Shown here in pieces: positions 19,940 through 28,669 of a stretch of DNA of 64,000 bases. Source of the stretch: an uncultured Lachnospiraceae bacterium (lineage in GTDB: Bacteria; Bacillota; Clostridia; Lachnospirales; Lachnospiraceae); the NCBI GenBank assembly GCA_944381405.1, contig CALWLA010000007.1:8014-72013 (forward strand), read 5' to 3'. A model generated the notes under the pieces. It saw only the letters and a list, made by a program, of their open reading frames with translations. It was not told where the DNA came from and made no database searches. Position 1 is the first letter of the stretch. Each line of letters starts with the position of its first letter. Both the position numbers and the translations under genes were made by a program.

Positions 19940-20565
19940 AGATCGTATTTGCAACTGGCAACGAAGACAAGATGCGGGAGGTCCGGGAGATCCTGGGGGC
20001 TCCGGGCAGAGAGATTCTTTCCATAAAGGAGCTGGGTATCCAGGCGGAAGCTGAGGAAAACGGCAGCACTTTTTCGGAAAATGCGGAGATCAAGGCCAGG
20101 GAGATCCATGAAAAGCTCCGGCAGAGAGCTCTTTTACAGGGGGAAGCCCTGGATGCAGTGGTGTTGGCGGACGACAGCGGGCTCTGCATCGACTACCTGG
20201 AGGGAGCGCCCGGCGTCTATTCCGCCCGTTGGCTTGGACATGACACGCCTTACACGGAAAAGAACCGCATGGTGTTGGAAAAGCTGCGGGAGGCCGGAGC
20301 GGGGCAGCGGGGCGCCAGATTCGTCTGCGCCATCTGCGGCGTTCTGGAAAACGGAGAGGTGCTCCATACCGAAGGGGTGATGGAGGGAGAGATCGCGAAG
20401 GAAAGCTCCGGGGAAAACGGCTTTGGCTATGACCCGATCTTCTGGCTTCCGGAATACGGGATGACTTCGGCCCAGATCTCCAGAGAGGAGAAGAACCGGA
20501 TCTCTCACAGAGGGAAGGCCTTGCGGGCCATGAAGGCGCTGCTTGAGGAAAGGCAGAAGGTATGA
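19936..20565 (+). CDS. rdgB: XTP/dITP diphosphatase (Ham1/RdgB)
   Basis: MKIVFATGNEDKMREV start, FGYDPIF and SHRG motifs. ATGA overlap with the upstream gene. Confidence 0.9.
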   Translation: MKIVFATGNEDKMREVREILGAPGREILSIKELGIQAEAEENGSTFSENAEIKAREIHEKLRQRALLQGEALDAVVLADDSGLCIDYLEGAPGVYSARWLGHDTPYTEKNRMVLEKLREAGAGQRGARFVCAICGVLENGEVLHTEGVMEGEIAKESSGENGFGYDPIFWLPEYGMTSAQISREEKNRISHRGKALRAMKALLEERQKV

Positions 20566-21056
20566 AAAAGATTCTGGTGGCCAGCGACACCCATGGCAGA
20601 CTTCAAAATCTGAAAAAAGTGATCGCGCTGAACAACCCGGTGGACATGTTTGTTTTCTGCGGAGACGGAGAGGGCATCGAGCAGGAGCTCGGGGAGCTGG
20701 GGCTGCCCGGCGGCTGCGAGCTGCACATGGTACGGGGAAACAACGATTATTTCTCTGACCTGCCAAAGGACGATGAATTTTATATCGGCCCCTACAAGGC
20801 GTTTCTGACCCATGGACATCTCTATGGGGTAAGCGTCTCCAGCCGCAGGCTGGCAGAGGAGGCCCGGGAGCGGGGCTGTGCCCTGGCGTTTTTCGGGCAT
20901 ACCCATAGGCCGGCCCAGGAGGAAGAGGGCGGGGTGACCTGCCTCAATCCCGGAAGCATGAGCTACCCCAGGCAGTTTGACAGACGGCCCTCCTTCCTGC
21001 TCATCGAGCAGGAGGACAGCGGAAGGCTCCATTTCCATCAGGGATATCTGGATTAA
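20562..21056 (+). CDS. YsnB/MJ0936-family metallophosphoesterase
   Basis: SDTHG, GDGEG, GNND, THGH and GHTH motifs. ATGA overlap with rdgB, the same pairing as B. subtilis ysnA-ysnB. Confidence 0.85.
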   Translation: MKKILVASDTHGRLQNLKKVIALNNPVDMFVFCGDGEGIEQELGELGLPGGCELHMVRGNNDYFSDLPKDDEFYIGPYKAFLTHGHLYGVSVSSRRLAEEARERGCALAFFGHTHRPAQEEEGGVTCLNPGSMSYPRQFDRRPSFLLIEQEDSGRLHFHQGYLD

Positions 21057-21133
21057 AAAAAGGCGCTGCCGTAAAAAGACCGAAAGGCAATTGCCATAAA
21101 AAGGTCGCAAGATCATATCAGGGAGGAAGGAAC

Positions 21134-22285
21134 ATGAAAAAACATGGAATGATGCTGGCTGCAGCGGCGGCCGTGATGCTGATGGCAGCGGGCTGTGGCG
21201 CTTCCGCGGAAACGGAAACCACAGCTGCGGCGGCAGAGACGGAAGCGGCAGCGGAAACAACGAAAGCAGAGGAAACCGCGGATGCAGCAGAGACGCAGGA
21301 AGCGGAAGCAGAAGGCCAGGAGGCAGCCTCCGGGGCAGCAGAGGAAGAGGCGGGAGAGGCCCATTATCTGGATGATACGGTGCTGCGGGTAGGCTCTCTG
21401 AAGGGCCCCACCACCATGGGTCTCGTGAACATGATGTCTCTGTCGGAGGCGGGAGAGCTGCCCTATCAGGCGGAATTCACCATGGCTACCACGGCGGATG
21501 AGATCACTGCAAAGATCGCCAGCGGCGATATGGACATCGCGCTGATTCCCGCAAACCTGGCTTCGGTGCTTTATAACAAGACCGAGGGACAGATCGCAGT
21601 GCTGGATATCAATACCCTTGGGGTTCTGTACGGCGTAACGGGGGATCCTTCCATCACGGGCCTTTCCGATCTTGCAGGAAAGACCGTATACATGACCGGC
21701 CAGGGTACCACGCCGGAGTTTGCTCTGGACTACATCCTTGCGGAAAACGGCCTGTCAGAGGAGGTAACGGTGGAGTTCAAGAACGAGGCTACGGAGATCG
21801 CCGCCCTGCTGCAGGAGGATCCCATGGCCATCGCCATCCTGCCCCAGCCCTTTGCGACGGTGACCCAGCAGCAGAATCCCGAGGTAAAGGAATTCCTCGA
21901 TCTGACGGAGGAATGGAAGAGCTGTCCTGACAGCGGTTCCTCTGAGCTGGTGACCGGCGTTACCATCGTGCGGAAGGAATTTCTGGAGGCCCATGAGGCG
22001 CTGGTAGCGGAATTTGTCCTGGAGCATCAGGAATCCGCCCTGAAGGCGCAGGAGGATCCGGAGCAGACCAGCCAGCTGGTGGCGCAGTACGGCATCATTG
22101 AAAAGGCGCCTGTGGCAAAGCTGGCCCTGCCCAAGTGCAACATCGTGTGCATCACAGGCAATGAAATGCAGGAGGCATTGTCCGGCTATCTGGAGGTGCT
22201 GTATCAGGCAAATCCCCAGTCTGTAGGCGGAGCCCTTCCGGCAGAGGATTTTTACGCTTTTACGGAAGTTTCCGGCGAGGAATAA
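21134..22285 (+). CDS. ABC transporter substrate-binding lipoprotein (NMT1/SsuA-like)
   Basis: Lipobox MAAGCGA, Ala/Glu/Thr linker, periplasmic-binding fold resembling nitrate/sulfonate/THI5-type SBPs. Substrate not assignable. Confidence 0.75.
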   Translation: MKKHGMMLAAAAAVMLMAAGCGASAETETTAAAAETEAAAETTKAEETADAAETQEAEAEGQEAASGAAEEEAGEAHYLDDTVLRVGSLKGPTTMGLVNMMSLSEAGELPYQAEFTMATTADEITAKIASGDMDIALIPANLASVLYNKTEGQIAVLDINTLGVLYGVTGDPSITGLSDLAGKTVYMTGQGTTPEFALDYILAENGLSEEVTVEFKNEATEIAALLQEDPMAIAILPQPFATVTQQQNPEVKEFLDLTEEWKSCPDSGSSELVTGVTIVRKEFLEAHEALVAEFVLEHQESALKAQEDPEQTSQLVAQYGIIEKAPVAKLALPKCNIVCITGNEMQEALSGYLEVLYQANPQSVGGALPAEDFYAFTEVSGEE

Positions 22286-22310
22286 ACGCCTCGTCTGAAG
22301 CAGGAGCATC

Positions 22311-23096
22311 ATGAAAAAAGAACTTCTTCAAAAAATCGGAATAGGGATCTTCTGGCTGCTGTGCTGGCAGGGCCTGGCGCTGCTTGTGGACAACAGCATC
22401 CTGCTGGTAGGTCCCTATGAGATGTGGCTGACCCTTATACAGCTTTTTTCACAGGGGGAATTCTGGCTTTCCATAGGAAATTCGCTTTTGCGGATCGGAG
22501 CCGGATTCCTCCTGGCTTCTTTCTTTGGGATTCTGTGGGGCGGACTGGCCTCCAAAAGCCGGTTTGTTTCCTTTTTTCTGTCGCCGCTGGTATCCCTGAT
22601 GAAGACCATCCCGGTGGCTTCCTTTGTGATCCTGGCCATCATCTGGCTGGGAGGGACCCGGAACCTCAGCGTCTTTGTTTCCTTTGTAGTGGTGTTTCCA
22701 ATGGTATACCTCAGCACCCAAAGCGGGATCCGCAGCACCGACAGGAAGCTTCTGGAGATGGCCAGGGTGTTCCACATCGGTACATTCCGAAGGCTGCGGC
22801 ATATCTATTTTCCGGCGGTGTTTCCGTATCTGACAAATTGCTTCAAGACCGCCCTGGGTATGGCCTGGAAATCCGGCGTGGCGGCGGAGCTCATCGGGCA
22901 GCCCAGACATACCATTGGCGGAAATCTGTATCAGGCAAAGATCTTTCTGGATACGCCGGGGCTCTTTGCCTGGACCTTTACCATCATCCTGGTAAGCTTC
23001 CTGTTTGAAAAGCTGGTGCTGTGGCTGTGCAGCCTGCTGCAGCAGGAAGACATGCAGGGGGAGGAGCCGGCGGAACAGCAGGGAGGGAGCCTATGA
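22311..23096 (+). CDS. ABC transporter permease (SsuC/TauC type)
   Basis: Six hydrophobic segments and an EAA-like loop (ARVFHIGTFRRLRHIYFPAV). Confidence 0.85.
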   Translation: MKKELLQKIGIGIFWLLCWQGLALLVDNSILLVGPYEMWLTLIQLFSQGEFWLSIGNSLLRIGAGFLLASFFGILWGGLASKSRFVSFFLSPLVSLMKTIPVASFVILAIIWLGGTRNLSVFVSFVVVFPMVYLSTQSGIRSTDRKLLEMARVFHIGTFRRLRHIYFPAVFPYLTNCFKTALGMAWKSGVAAELIGQPRHTIGGNLYQAKIFLDTPGLFAWTFTIILVSFLFEKLVLWLCSLLQQEDMQGEEPAEQQGGSL

Positions 23097-23773
23097 ACAG
23101 GGAAAACAGAAACGTCCGGGTGATCCTGTCGGAGATCTCCAAAAGCTATGGGGAAAAACAGGTGCTGACAGGCATCGAGGCGGTGCTTGCATCGCCGGAG
23201 CGGTATGGCCTTGTGGGCCGCAGCGGCTGCGGAAAAACGACGCTTCTGAGACTCCTTCTGAGCCTGGAAAAGCCGGATGCGGGGGTTGTGGAATGGCGTC
23301 TTGGAGAGGGGCAGGCAGAGCGGCTTCAGCCGCATCCTCTGATCGGCGCCGTGTTTCAGGAGGACCGGCTCTGCGAGGGACTGAGCGCCCTGGAAAATGC
23401 CGCCCTGGTCATCCCCAGGGACCGGGAGCTCTTTCAGAACCGGGCGCTTTTGCGCAGGGAGCTTTTGCGCCTCCTTCCGGAGGATGCCCTGGAGAAACCG
23501 GTGGCAAGGCTTTCCGGAGGACAGCGCAGGCGGGCAGCCATCGCCAGAGCCATGTGCGCGCCGGAGCCTCTGGCCTATCTGATGGACGAGCCGCTGACAG
23601 GCCTGGACCGGCAGACCAAGGAGGAGGTTACCGCCTATATCAGGGAAAAAACAGAAGGCGCCCTGTTCCTGGTGGCGACCCATGAGGCGGAGGATATGGA
23701 GCTTCTGGGGGTCCGGCAGGAGCATATCCTGCGGCTCCGTCCGGGAGGAAGGGGATTTGAAAAGCTGTCCTGA
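23093..23773 (+). CDS. ABC transporter ATP-binding protein
   Basis: ATGA overlap with the permease. Walker A GRSGCGKTT, signature LSGGQRRR, Walker B YLMDEP, H-loop ATHE. Confidence 0.88.
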   Translation: MNRENRNVRVILSEISKSYGEKQVLTGIEAVLASPERYGLVGRSGCGKTTLLRLLLSLEKPDAGVVEWRLGEGQAERLQPHPLIGAVFQEDRLCEGLSALENAALVIPRDRELFQNRALLRRELLRLLPEDALEKPVARLSGGQRRRAAIARAMCAPEPLAYLMDEPLTGLDRQTKEEVTAYIREKTEGALFLVATHEAEDMELLGVRQEHILRLRPGGRGFEKLS

Positions 23774-23819
23774 AGGGCGGCCTTGAAAAAAGGCTCTGAA
23801 GAAAGATGGGAGAAACCAG

Positions 23820-23848
23820 TTGACTTTCATGCTCTAAAATGTTAAAGT
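23820..23848 (+). promoter_or_regulatory. candidate promoter for the yerC-like gene
   Basis: TTGACT (23820-23825), 17-nt spacer, TAAAGT (23843-23848). The -10 is weak. Confidence 0.3.
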
Positions 23849-23892
23849 GACAGACAGAGAGATTTTGAAATGACAGTCTGGAGGAATATGCC

Positions 23893-24198
23893 ATGAATCC
23901 AAAGATCCATACGGAAGAGGTTGACCATCTTTTTGATGCGGTGCTGACCCTGAAGACCAGGGAGGACTGCTATAAGTTTTTCGAGGACGTCTGTACCATC
24001 AAGGAGCTTTTGGCCATGGCTCAGCGCTATGAGGTGGCTCTGATGCTGGAAAAGAAGATGACCTATCTGGATATCGCGGAAAAGACCGGGGCTTCCACAG
24101 CCACCATCAGCCGTGTCAACCGTTCCCTGACCTATGGAGAAGACGGATATGCCATGGTATTTGAACGGTTGAAGGAAGAACAGGAAAACGACCAGTAA
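23893..24198 (+). CDS. yerC: YerC/YecD family TrpR-related protein
   Basis: 101 aa. TrpR-like HTH (TYLDIAEKTGASTATISRVNRSL) and a typical YerC N-terminus (EVDHLFDAVLTLKTREDCYKFFEDVCT). Confidence 0.85.
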   Translation: MNPKIHTEEVDHLFDAVLTLKTREDCYKFFEDVCTIKELLAMAQRYEVALMLEKKMTYLDIAEKTGASTATISRVNRSLTYGEDGYAMVFERLKEEQENDQ

Positions 24199-24242
24199 AT
24201 ACAAGCAGTCGTAACGAAAAGAAAATACGGAAATGAAATCAT

Positions 24243-24272
24243 AGCGGAGGGTGGCTGCCTTCCGCTTTTCTT
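24243..24272 (+). terminator. terminator between the convergent yerC-like and XRE/S24 genes
   Basis: AGCGGAGGG(24243-24251)/CCTTCCGCT(24258-24266) stem (one G-U pair), then TTTCTT. Confidence 0.6.
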
Positions 24273-24304
24273 ATGCGGAGATCACTCCTCTTTTTATGCG
24301 GAGA

Positions 24305-25054
24305 TCATTCCTCTCTGGGTACCTTTCCCAGGATCCTTCCTACTACCCGGATCTCCCCTTCCTCAGGGAAGACGTCCGGGAAATCCCCGTTTAAGGAAAG
24401 GAGCCGGTCGGCGCCGGCCTCCTTGACATAGAGGCCGCCGTCCTTGGAAAAAAGACCGATGTCATGGAGGGAAAGGGAATCCGTCTTCGCCACATAGAGC
24501 AGGTCTCCATCCTGGAACATGGGCTCCATACTGCTGCCGGAAACGCCCACGATGAAATCCGCACCCCGGCGTGCAGGGGCAGGGACGGTTTCCAGAGGCA
24601 TGTCCGCGGAATAGACGCCGGTTCCGGCGCTGGCTGCGTACTGCAGGAAGGGATAGAGACGGATTGGTTCCTCTGGAGGCAGGGAAGGGGCGGCAGGGGT
24701 TTGGGACAGGGTCTCCGGAGCCCGCTCCGGCAGGGCCATGAGCTGCCGGTCCATCAGGTAGGAAAGGGTCTCCCTGTCATAGGAAGAGAGACGGCGCAGC
24801 TTCTCGAGAAAGCGCAGCTCCTCCTGGGTGAATACCGGATTTTTCTGAGGCATCCCCTCCACATCCTGGAAGAGAAAGTTGGCGTCCACCTGCAGGGCCG
24901 GGATCAGCCTGCATAAAACGGCCTCCTTGGGGGTATGAAGCCCGTTTTCATAGTTTGCCACGGCTCCCTTGGATACGCCCAAAAGTCCCGCAAGCTCTTC
25001 CTGCGTATAGTGGCAGGCAAGTCTGGCCTCCCGAATTCTGCTGCCGATTCCCAT
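24305..25054 (-). CDS. XRE-family HTH repressor with LexA-like S24 peptidase domain
   Basis: N-terminal HTH_XRE (IREARLACHYTQEELAGLLGVSKGAVANYENG), Pro-rich linker, candidate Ala-Gly cleavage site (AASAGTG), catalytic Ser in GSSMEP and Lys in LYVKE. The only minus-strand CDS in the window. Confidence 0.88.
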   Translation of the reverse strand: MGIGSRIREARLACHYTQEELAGLLGVSKGAVANYENGLHTPKEAVLCRLIPALQVDANFLFQDVEGMPQKNPVFTQEELRFLEKLRRLSSYDRETLSYLMDRQLMALPERAPETLSQTPAAPSLPPEEPIRLYPFLQYAASAGTGVYSADMPLETVPAPARRGADFIVGVSGSSMEPMFQDGDLLYVAKTDSLSLHDIGLFSKDGGLYVKEAGADRLLSLNGDFPDVFPEEGEIRVVGRILGKVPREE

Positions 25055-25149
25055 AAGATCCCTTCCTTATCCGTTTCTTTTATCTATATGTATGTTATTT
25101 GATTTCTTTATCTGTATTCTACTATGGTTTCAGGCCTCCGTCAACCGAA

Positions 25150-25205
25150 AAGTTCAGAAAAACTGAGAAAAAATACTTGAAAGTTCAGAAAAACTGTACT
25201 ACAAT
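25150..25205 (+). promoter_or_regulatory. promoter with two exact 16-nt direct repeats (putative operators)
   Basis: AAGTTCAGAAAAACTG at 25150-25165 and 25181-25196. TTGAAA (25177-25182), 17 nt, TACAAT (25200-25205). The second repeat fills the spacer. Each repeat contains the CAG-N5-CTG dyad. Confidence 0.55.
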
Positions 25206-25245
25206 ACAAGCACCTTCAGAAAAGGAAACAAAGGAGGGAAAGAAG

Positions 25246-25557
25246 ATGAAGATAGAACTTAAGGTATATACGACAAAAGAGCAGAGGGTCTTCCTGAACC
25301 GGGTACGGAGAAAGGCGCTGCGCTTCATGCAGGCGGTCCTTCCCTTTGCAGAGGCGGCCGCAGGGCTATCCCTGATCCTGCTGATGTGCTGCATGGATTC
25401 GGAAAATATCGCTTCGGTGGTAAAGGGACTGTGGGTCTCCGGACTGATCTTCTGCGGAAGCTTCCTTTTAAAGCGTTCCGTGGATTCGGAACAGCGTCGC
25501 CTGCAGCATGAGCGCCGTTTCATGGCCCTGAGAGGCATGCGGGGCAGGATCGCATGA
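25246..25557 (+). CDS. small membrane protein, unknown function
   Basis: ATG 25246 preceded by AAGGAGGGA. 103 aa with two hydrophobic segments (AAGLSLILLMCCM, LWVSGLIFCGSFLL) and basic termini. No family recognised. Confidence 0.55.
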   Translation: MKIELKVYTTKEQRVFLNRVRRKALRFMQAVLPFAEAAAGLSLILLMCCMDSENIASVVKGLWVSGLIFCGSFLLKRSVDSEQRRLQHERRFMALRGMRGRIA

Positions 25558-25600
25558 TGAAGCAGCAGGCAGCATAGGGCCTGAGCCCCAGGAGGTAGAC

Positions 25601-26944
25601 ATGTACACGGAAATACTGCTTATGATCATAACCGGACTGTGCCTGCTCATCCTGATCCTGGAGATCAGGCGGACCTTTTCCGCAAGGGGCCGGGACCGGC
25701 TTAAGGAGCAGCTGGCAGCTTCGGAAGATCAGATCGCGGATATGGTAGGAGAACGGATCGGCACCATCCGGACGGACATCGGCGGCTGGCTGGCCCATGA
25801 CGCGGAGGAAAACCGCAGGAACCGGCAGGAGGTCTCCGAGATGATCCGGCAGGGCAGCGCGGATCAGCAGCGGAGCCTGCAGCGCCTCTCCCTAAGCCAG
25901 CAGGAGGCCCTGGACCGTTTTGCCGAACGGCAGCAGCGGGCCCTGCGGGAATCCCTGCAGGAGCTGCAGGAAACCAACCGGCAGAAGCTGGAGGAGATCC
26001 AGACAGGCATCAATGAAAAATTGGAGAGCTCCCTGAATCAGCGCCTGGAGGATTCCTTCAGGACCGTGGGAGAGCAGCTGTCCAGGCTCTATACCTCTCT
26101 TGGAGAGCTGGGGAAGCTGGAGGACGGTGTCAACTCCCTGAACCGGACCCTCTCCAACGTGAAGACCCGGGGCATACTGGGGGAGGCCCAGCTGGAAAAT
26201 ATCCTGGCCTCCATCCTTTCCAATACCCTTTACGAGAAAAACGTCGTCACGAAACGAAACAGCCGGGATCCGGTGGAATTTGCGGTGAAGATTCCCGACA
26301 AGGAGGTACAGGGCAGCTTTATGTATCTGCCCATCGACTCCAAGTTCCCGACTTCCATTTACGACAGGATCGCAGAGGCCTCGGAGGCAGGAGACAGCGA
26401 GGGACTGCAGCGGGCCCAGCGGGAACTGGAGCAGCGGATCCGCACCGAGGCGAAGGCCATCAGCGAAAAATACATCGATCCGCCTGCCACCACGGATTTT
26501 GCCCTGATGTTCCTGCCGACGGAATCTCTTTATGCAGAGGTGCTGCGGATCTCAGGGCTGACGGAGGAATGCCAGCGGAAATACCATATCGTGATCACCG
26601 GGCCCACCACCATTGCGGCTTTGCTGAACAGCCTCAGCATCGGCTTCCGTTATATGGCGGTCAACAGGGATTCCCAGAACATCCTGAAGCTTCTGTCTGC
26701 CATCAAGAGCCAGTACGGCAATCTGAGCCAGCTGATCGAAAAGGCAGGAAGGCGGCTGGATCTGGCAAGACAGGCCACCAGCGATCTGAAGCGCAGAACG
26801 GAGCTGATCAACCGAAGGCTCTCGGCGGTGGAGGAGATCGATGCGTCGGAGGCAAAGGAGCTTCTGGGTATGGGGCCTGTGGGAGAGGAATCTGCAGATA
26901 CAGTGTCAGAGGAGGACAGATTAGACAATTCCGCCGGAGTATGA
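25601..26944 (+). CDS. rmuC: DNA recombination protein RmuC
   Basis: N-terminal TM segment, long Gln/Glu/Arg-rich coiled coil, C-terminal RmuC region (LPIDSKFP ... ALMFLPTESLYAEV ... IVITGPTT). Confidence 0.88.
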   Translation: MYTEILLMIITGLCLLILILEIRRTFSARGRDRLKEQLAASEDQIADMVGERIGTIRTDIGGWLAHDAEENRRNRQEVSEMIRQGSADQQRSLQRLSLSQQEALDRFAERQQRALRESLQELQETNRQKLEEIQTGINEKLESSLNQRLEDSFRTVGEQLSRLYTSLGELGKLEDGVNSLNRTLSNVKTRGILGEAQLENILASILSNTLYEKNVVTKRNSRDPVEFAVKIPDKEVQGSFMYLPIDSKFPTSIYDRIAEASEAGDSEGLQRAQRELEQRIRTEAKAISEKYIDPPATTDFALMFLPTESLYAEVLRISGLTEECQRKYHIVITGPTTIAALLNSLSIGFRYMAVNRDSQNILKLLSAIKSQYGNLSQLIEKAGRRLDLARQATSDLKRRTELINRRLSAVEEIDASEAKELLGMGPVGEESADTVSEEDRLDNSAGV

Positions 26945-26965
26945 TATAGTAAAAAAATGAAATGC

Positions 26966-26985
26966 CTCCGGGCAGGAGCCCGGAG
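26966..26985. other. GC-rich hairpin after rmuC, U-tract only on the opposite strand
   Basis: CTCCGGGC-AGGA-GCCCGGAG. An A-run (26951-26957) lies upstream on the + strand, so the T-run belongs to the - strand reading. Confidence 0.35.
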
Positions 26986-27007
26986 CCGCAATGAGAGGTA
27001 ATCGAAC

Positions 27008-28639
27008 ATGGCAATGTCGTCAGAGGAACGCAGGCGAAGAGTACGGAAGGCGGTGGAGGCCCGGAGAAAAAGCGATCCATCAGGCCAGAGAACCGGTCAG
27101 GCTGCATACAGCGGTACGGACAGTACCGGCAGCAGGGACCGTGCCAATGGCGCAGACCGTATCAGCCGCGTAAGCCAAACCAACCGCAGCAGTCAGCGGC
27201 GCAGACGGCAGAGAAAAAAGAGGAATCAGGCGATCATACGGCTGGTTCTTCTTGTGATTCTGGCAGCCCTCATCCTTGTTTTGGCAGTCCTTGGCATCCG
27301 TGCAGCGGTGGGCTGGCTGAAAAACAGCCTCCCGGGAGAGCAGCAGGAGACGACAGCAGCCGTGTCTGGGGAAAGCCAGGAGGAGACGACAGCGGAGCCC
27401 ACGGTTTCCGCTCTTGAAACAACGCTTGCAGAGGCAGAGCTCATGGCGGCCATGTACGACTACGACGGAGCCATCGCCCTGCTTTCTGAGACAGCCGAGA
27501 CGGCGGACAGCCCCGAGGCCCAGGCGGCCATTGCGGAATATGAACAGATCAAGACCACTCTGGTGAAACAGGATATTTCCAAGATCACCCATGTGTTCTT
27601 CCATATCCTGACGGTGGACTCCGAAAACGCCTTTGACGTCAGCAAATGGGGCAAACAGGCAGAGGGCTACAACAGCCTTATGACTACCATACCGGAATTC
27701 GAGCGCATGCTGGATATCTTCTATGAGGAAGGCTATGTGCTGGTGGGACTTCATGACATGGCAGAAATGGAGACCCAGCCGGACGGTACCGTAAAGATGG
27801 TGGGAAAGGACATCATGCTGCCGCCGGGCAAGAAGGCCATGGTCATGTCCGAGGATGACGTCTGCTACTACGAATATATGGAGGGGGCAGGCTTTGCGGA
27901 CCGGATGATCGTGGGAGAGGACGGCAGACCCACCTGCGTTTATGTGGACGAAAACGGAACGGAGCATGTGGGCGCCTACGACCTGGTACCCATCCTGGAT
28001 CAGTTCATCGACGAGCATCCGGATTTTTCCTATCAGGGAGCCAAGGCCATCATCGCCTTTACAGGCTATAACGGCATCCTGGGATACCGCACGGATGAAA
28101 CCTACGACCCTTCCTCCGATATGTACGATCCGGAAAAAACAGCCAACCCCAACATCGAGGCGGACAGAGAGGCAGCCAGACAGGTGGTGGAGGCTCTGCG
28201 CCAGGATGGATACGAGCTGGCCTCCCACAGCTGGGGCCACCGGGATATGGGCGCCATCAGCCTGGAGCATCTGAAGACGGATACGGACCGTTGGGACAGA
28301 AACGTCAACCAGGAGCTTCTGGGGGGCACCTGCGATATCATCATCTACCCCAAGGGCGCAGATGTGGGAGACTGGAGGGAGAGCTCCTATTCCCACGAAA
28401 CCAACGCGAAATTCGATTATCTGTGGAACAAGGGCTTCCGCTATTTCTGTAATGTGGATGCCTCCACCCCTGCATGGGTGCAGAAGGGCTCAGATTTCCT
28501 GCGGCAGGGAAGACGACCTCTGGACGGCTATAATCTCTGGAACGATATCGCAAACGGAAAGAACCGTCTGTCGGATCTCTTTACGGACGTGTCCGCAGTC
28601 TTTGACAGCAGCCGTCCCACTCCTGTGCTTCCTTACTAA
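27008..28639 (+). CDS. membrane-anchored polysaccharide deacetylase family protein
   Basis: Basic cytoplasmic N-terminus, single TM segment, extracellular domain with the deacetylase-like His motif (ELASHSWGHRDM). Confidence 0.75.
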   Translation: MAMSSEERRRRVRKAVEARRKSDPSGQRTGQAAYSGTDSTGSRDRANGADRISRVSQTNRSSQRRRRQRKKRNQAIIRLVLLVILAALILVLAVLGIRAAVGWLKNSLPGEQQETTAAVSGESQEETTAEPTVSALETTLAEAELMAAMYDYDGAIALLSETAETADSPEAQAAIAEYEQIKTTLVKQDISKITHVFFHILTVDSENAFDVSKWGKQAEGYNSLMTTIPEFERMLDIFYEEGYVLVGLHDMAEMETQPDGTVKMVGKDIMLPPGKKAMVMSEDDVCYYEYMEGAGFADRMIVGEDGRPTCVYVDENGTEHVGAYDLVPILDQFIDEHPDFSYQGAKAIIAFTGYNGILGYRTDETYDPSSDMYDPEKTANPNIEADREAARQVVEALRQDGYELASHSWGHRDMGAISLEHLKTDTDRWDRNVNQELLGGTCDIIIYPKGADVGDWRESSYSHETNAKFDYLWNKGFRYFCNVDASTPAWVQKGSDFLRQGRRPLDGYNLWNDIANGKNRLSDLFTDVSAVFDSSRPTPVLPY

Positions 28640-28669
28640 AGGGCGCAGAGAAAAAGGAATGACAAAAAC

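Noticed and set aside
21134-23773. Assignment of the NMT1/THI5-like ABC system as a thiamine-precursor (HMP) transporter
   Set aside because: There is no TPP riboswitch or thi gene next to it. SBP similarity by eye cannot distinguish sulfonate, nitrate, taurine or HMP specificities, so I left the call generic.
25601-26944. RmuC as part of an anti-phage defence island
   Set aside because: This is the canonical full-length RmuC architecture (TM segment, coiled coil, RmuC domain). The neighbours are housekeeping genes, with no associated nuclease, ATPase or methylase defence genes.
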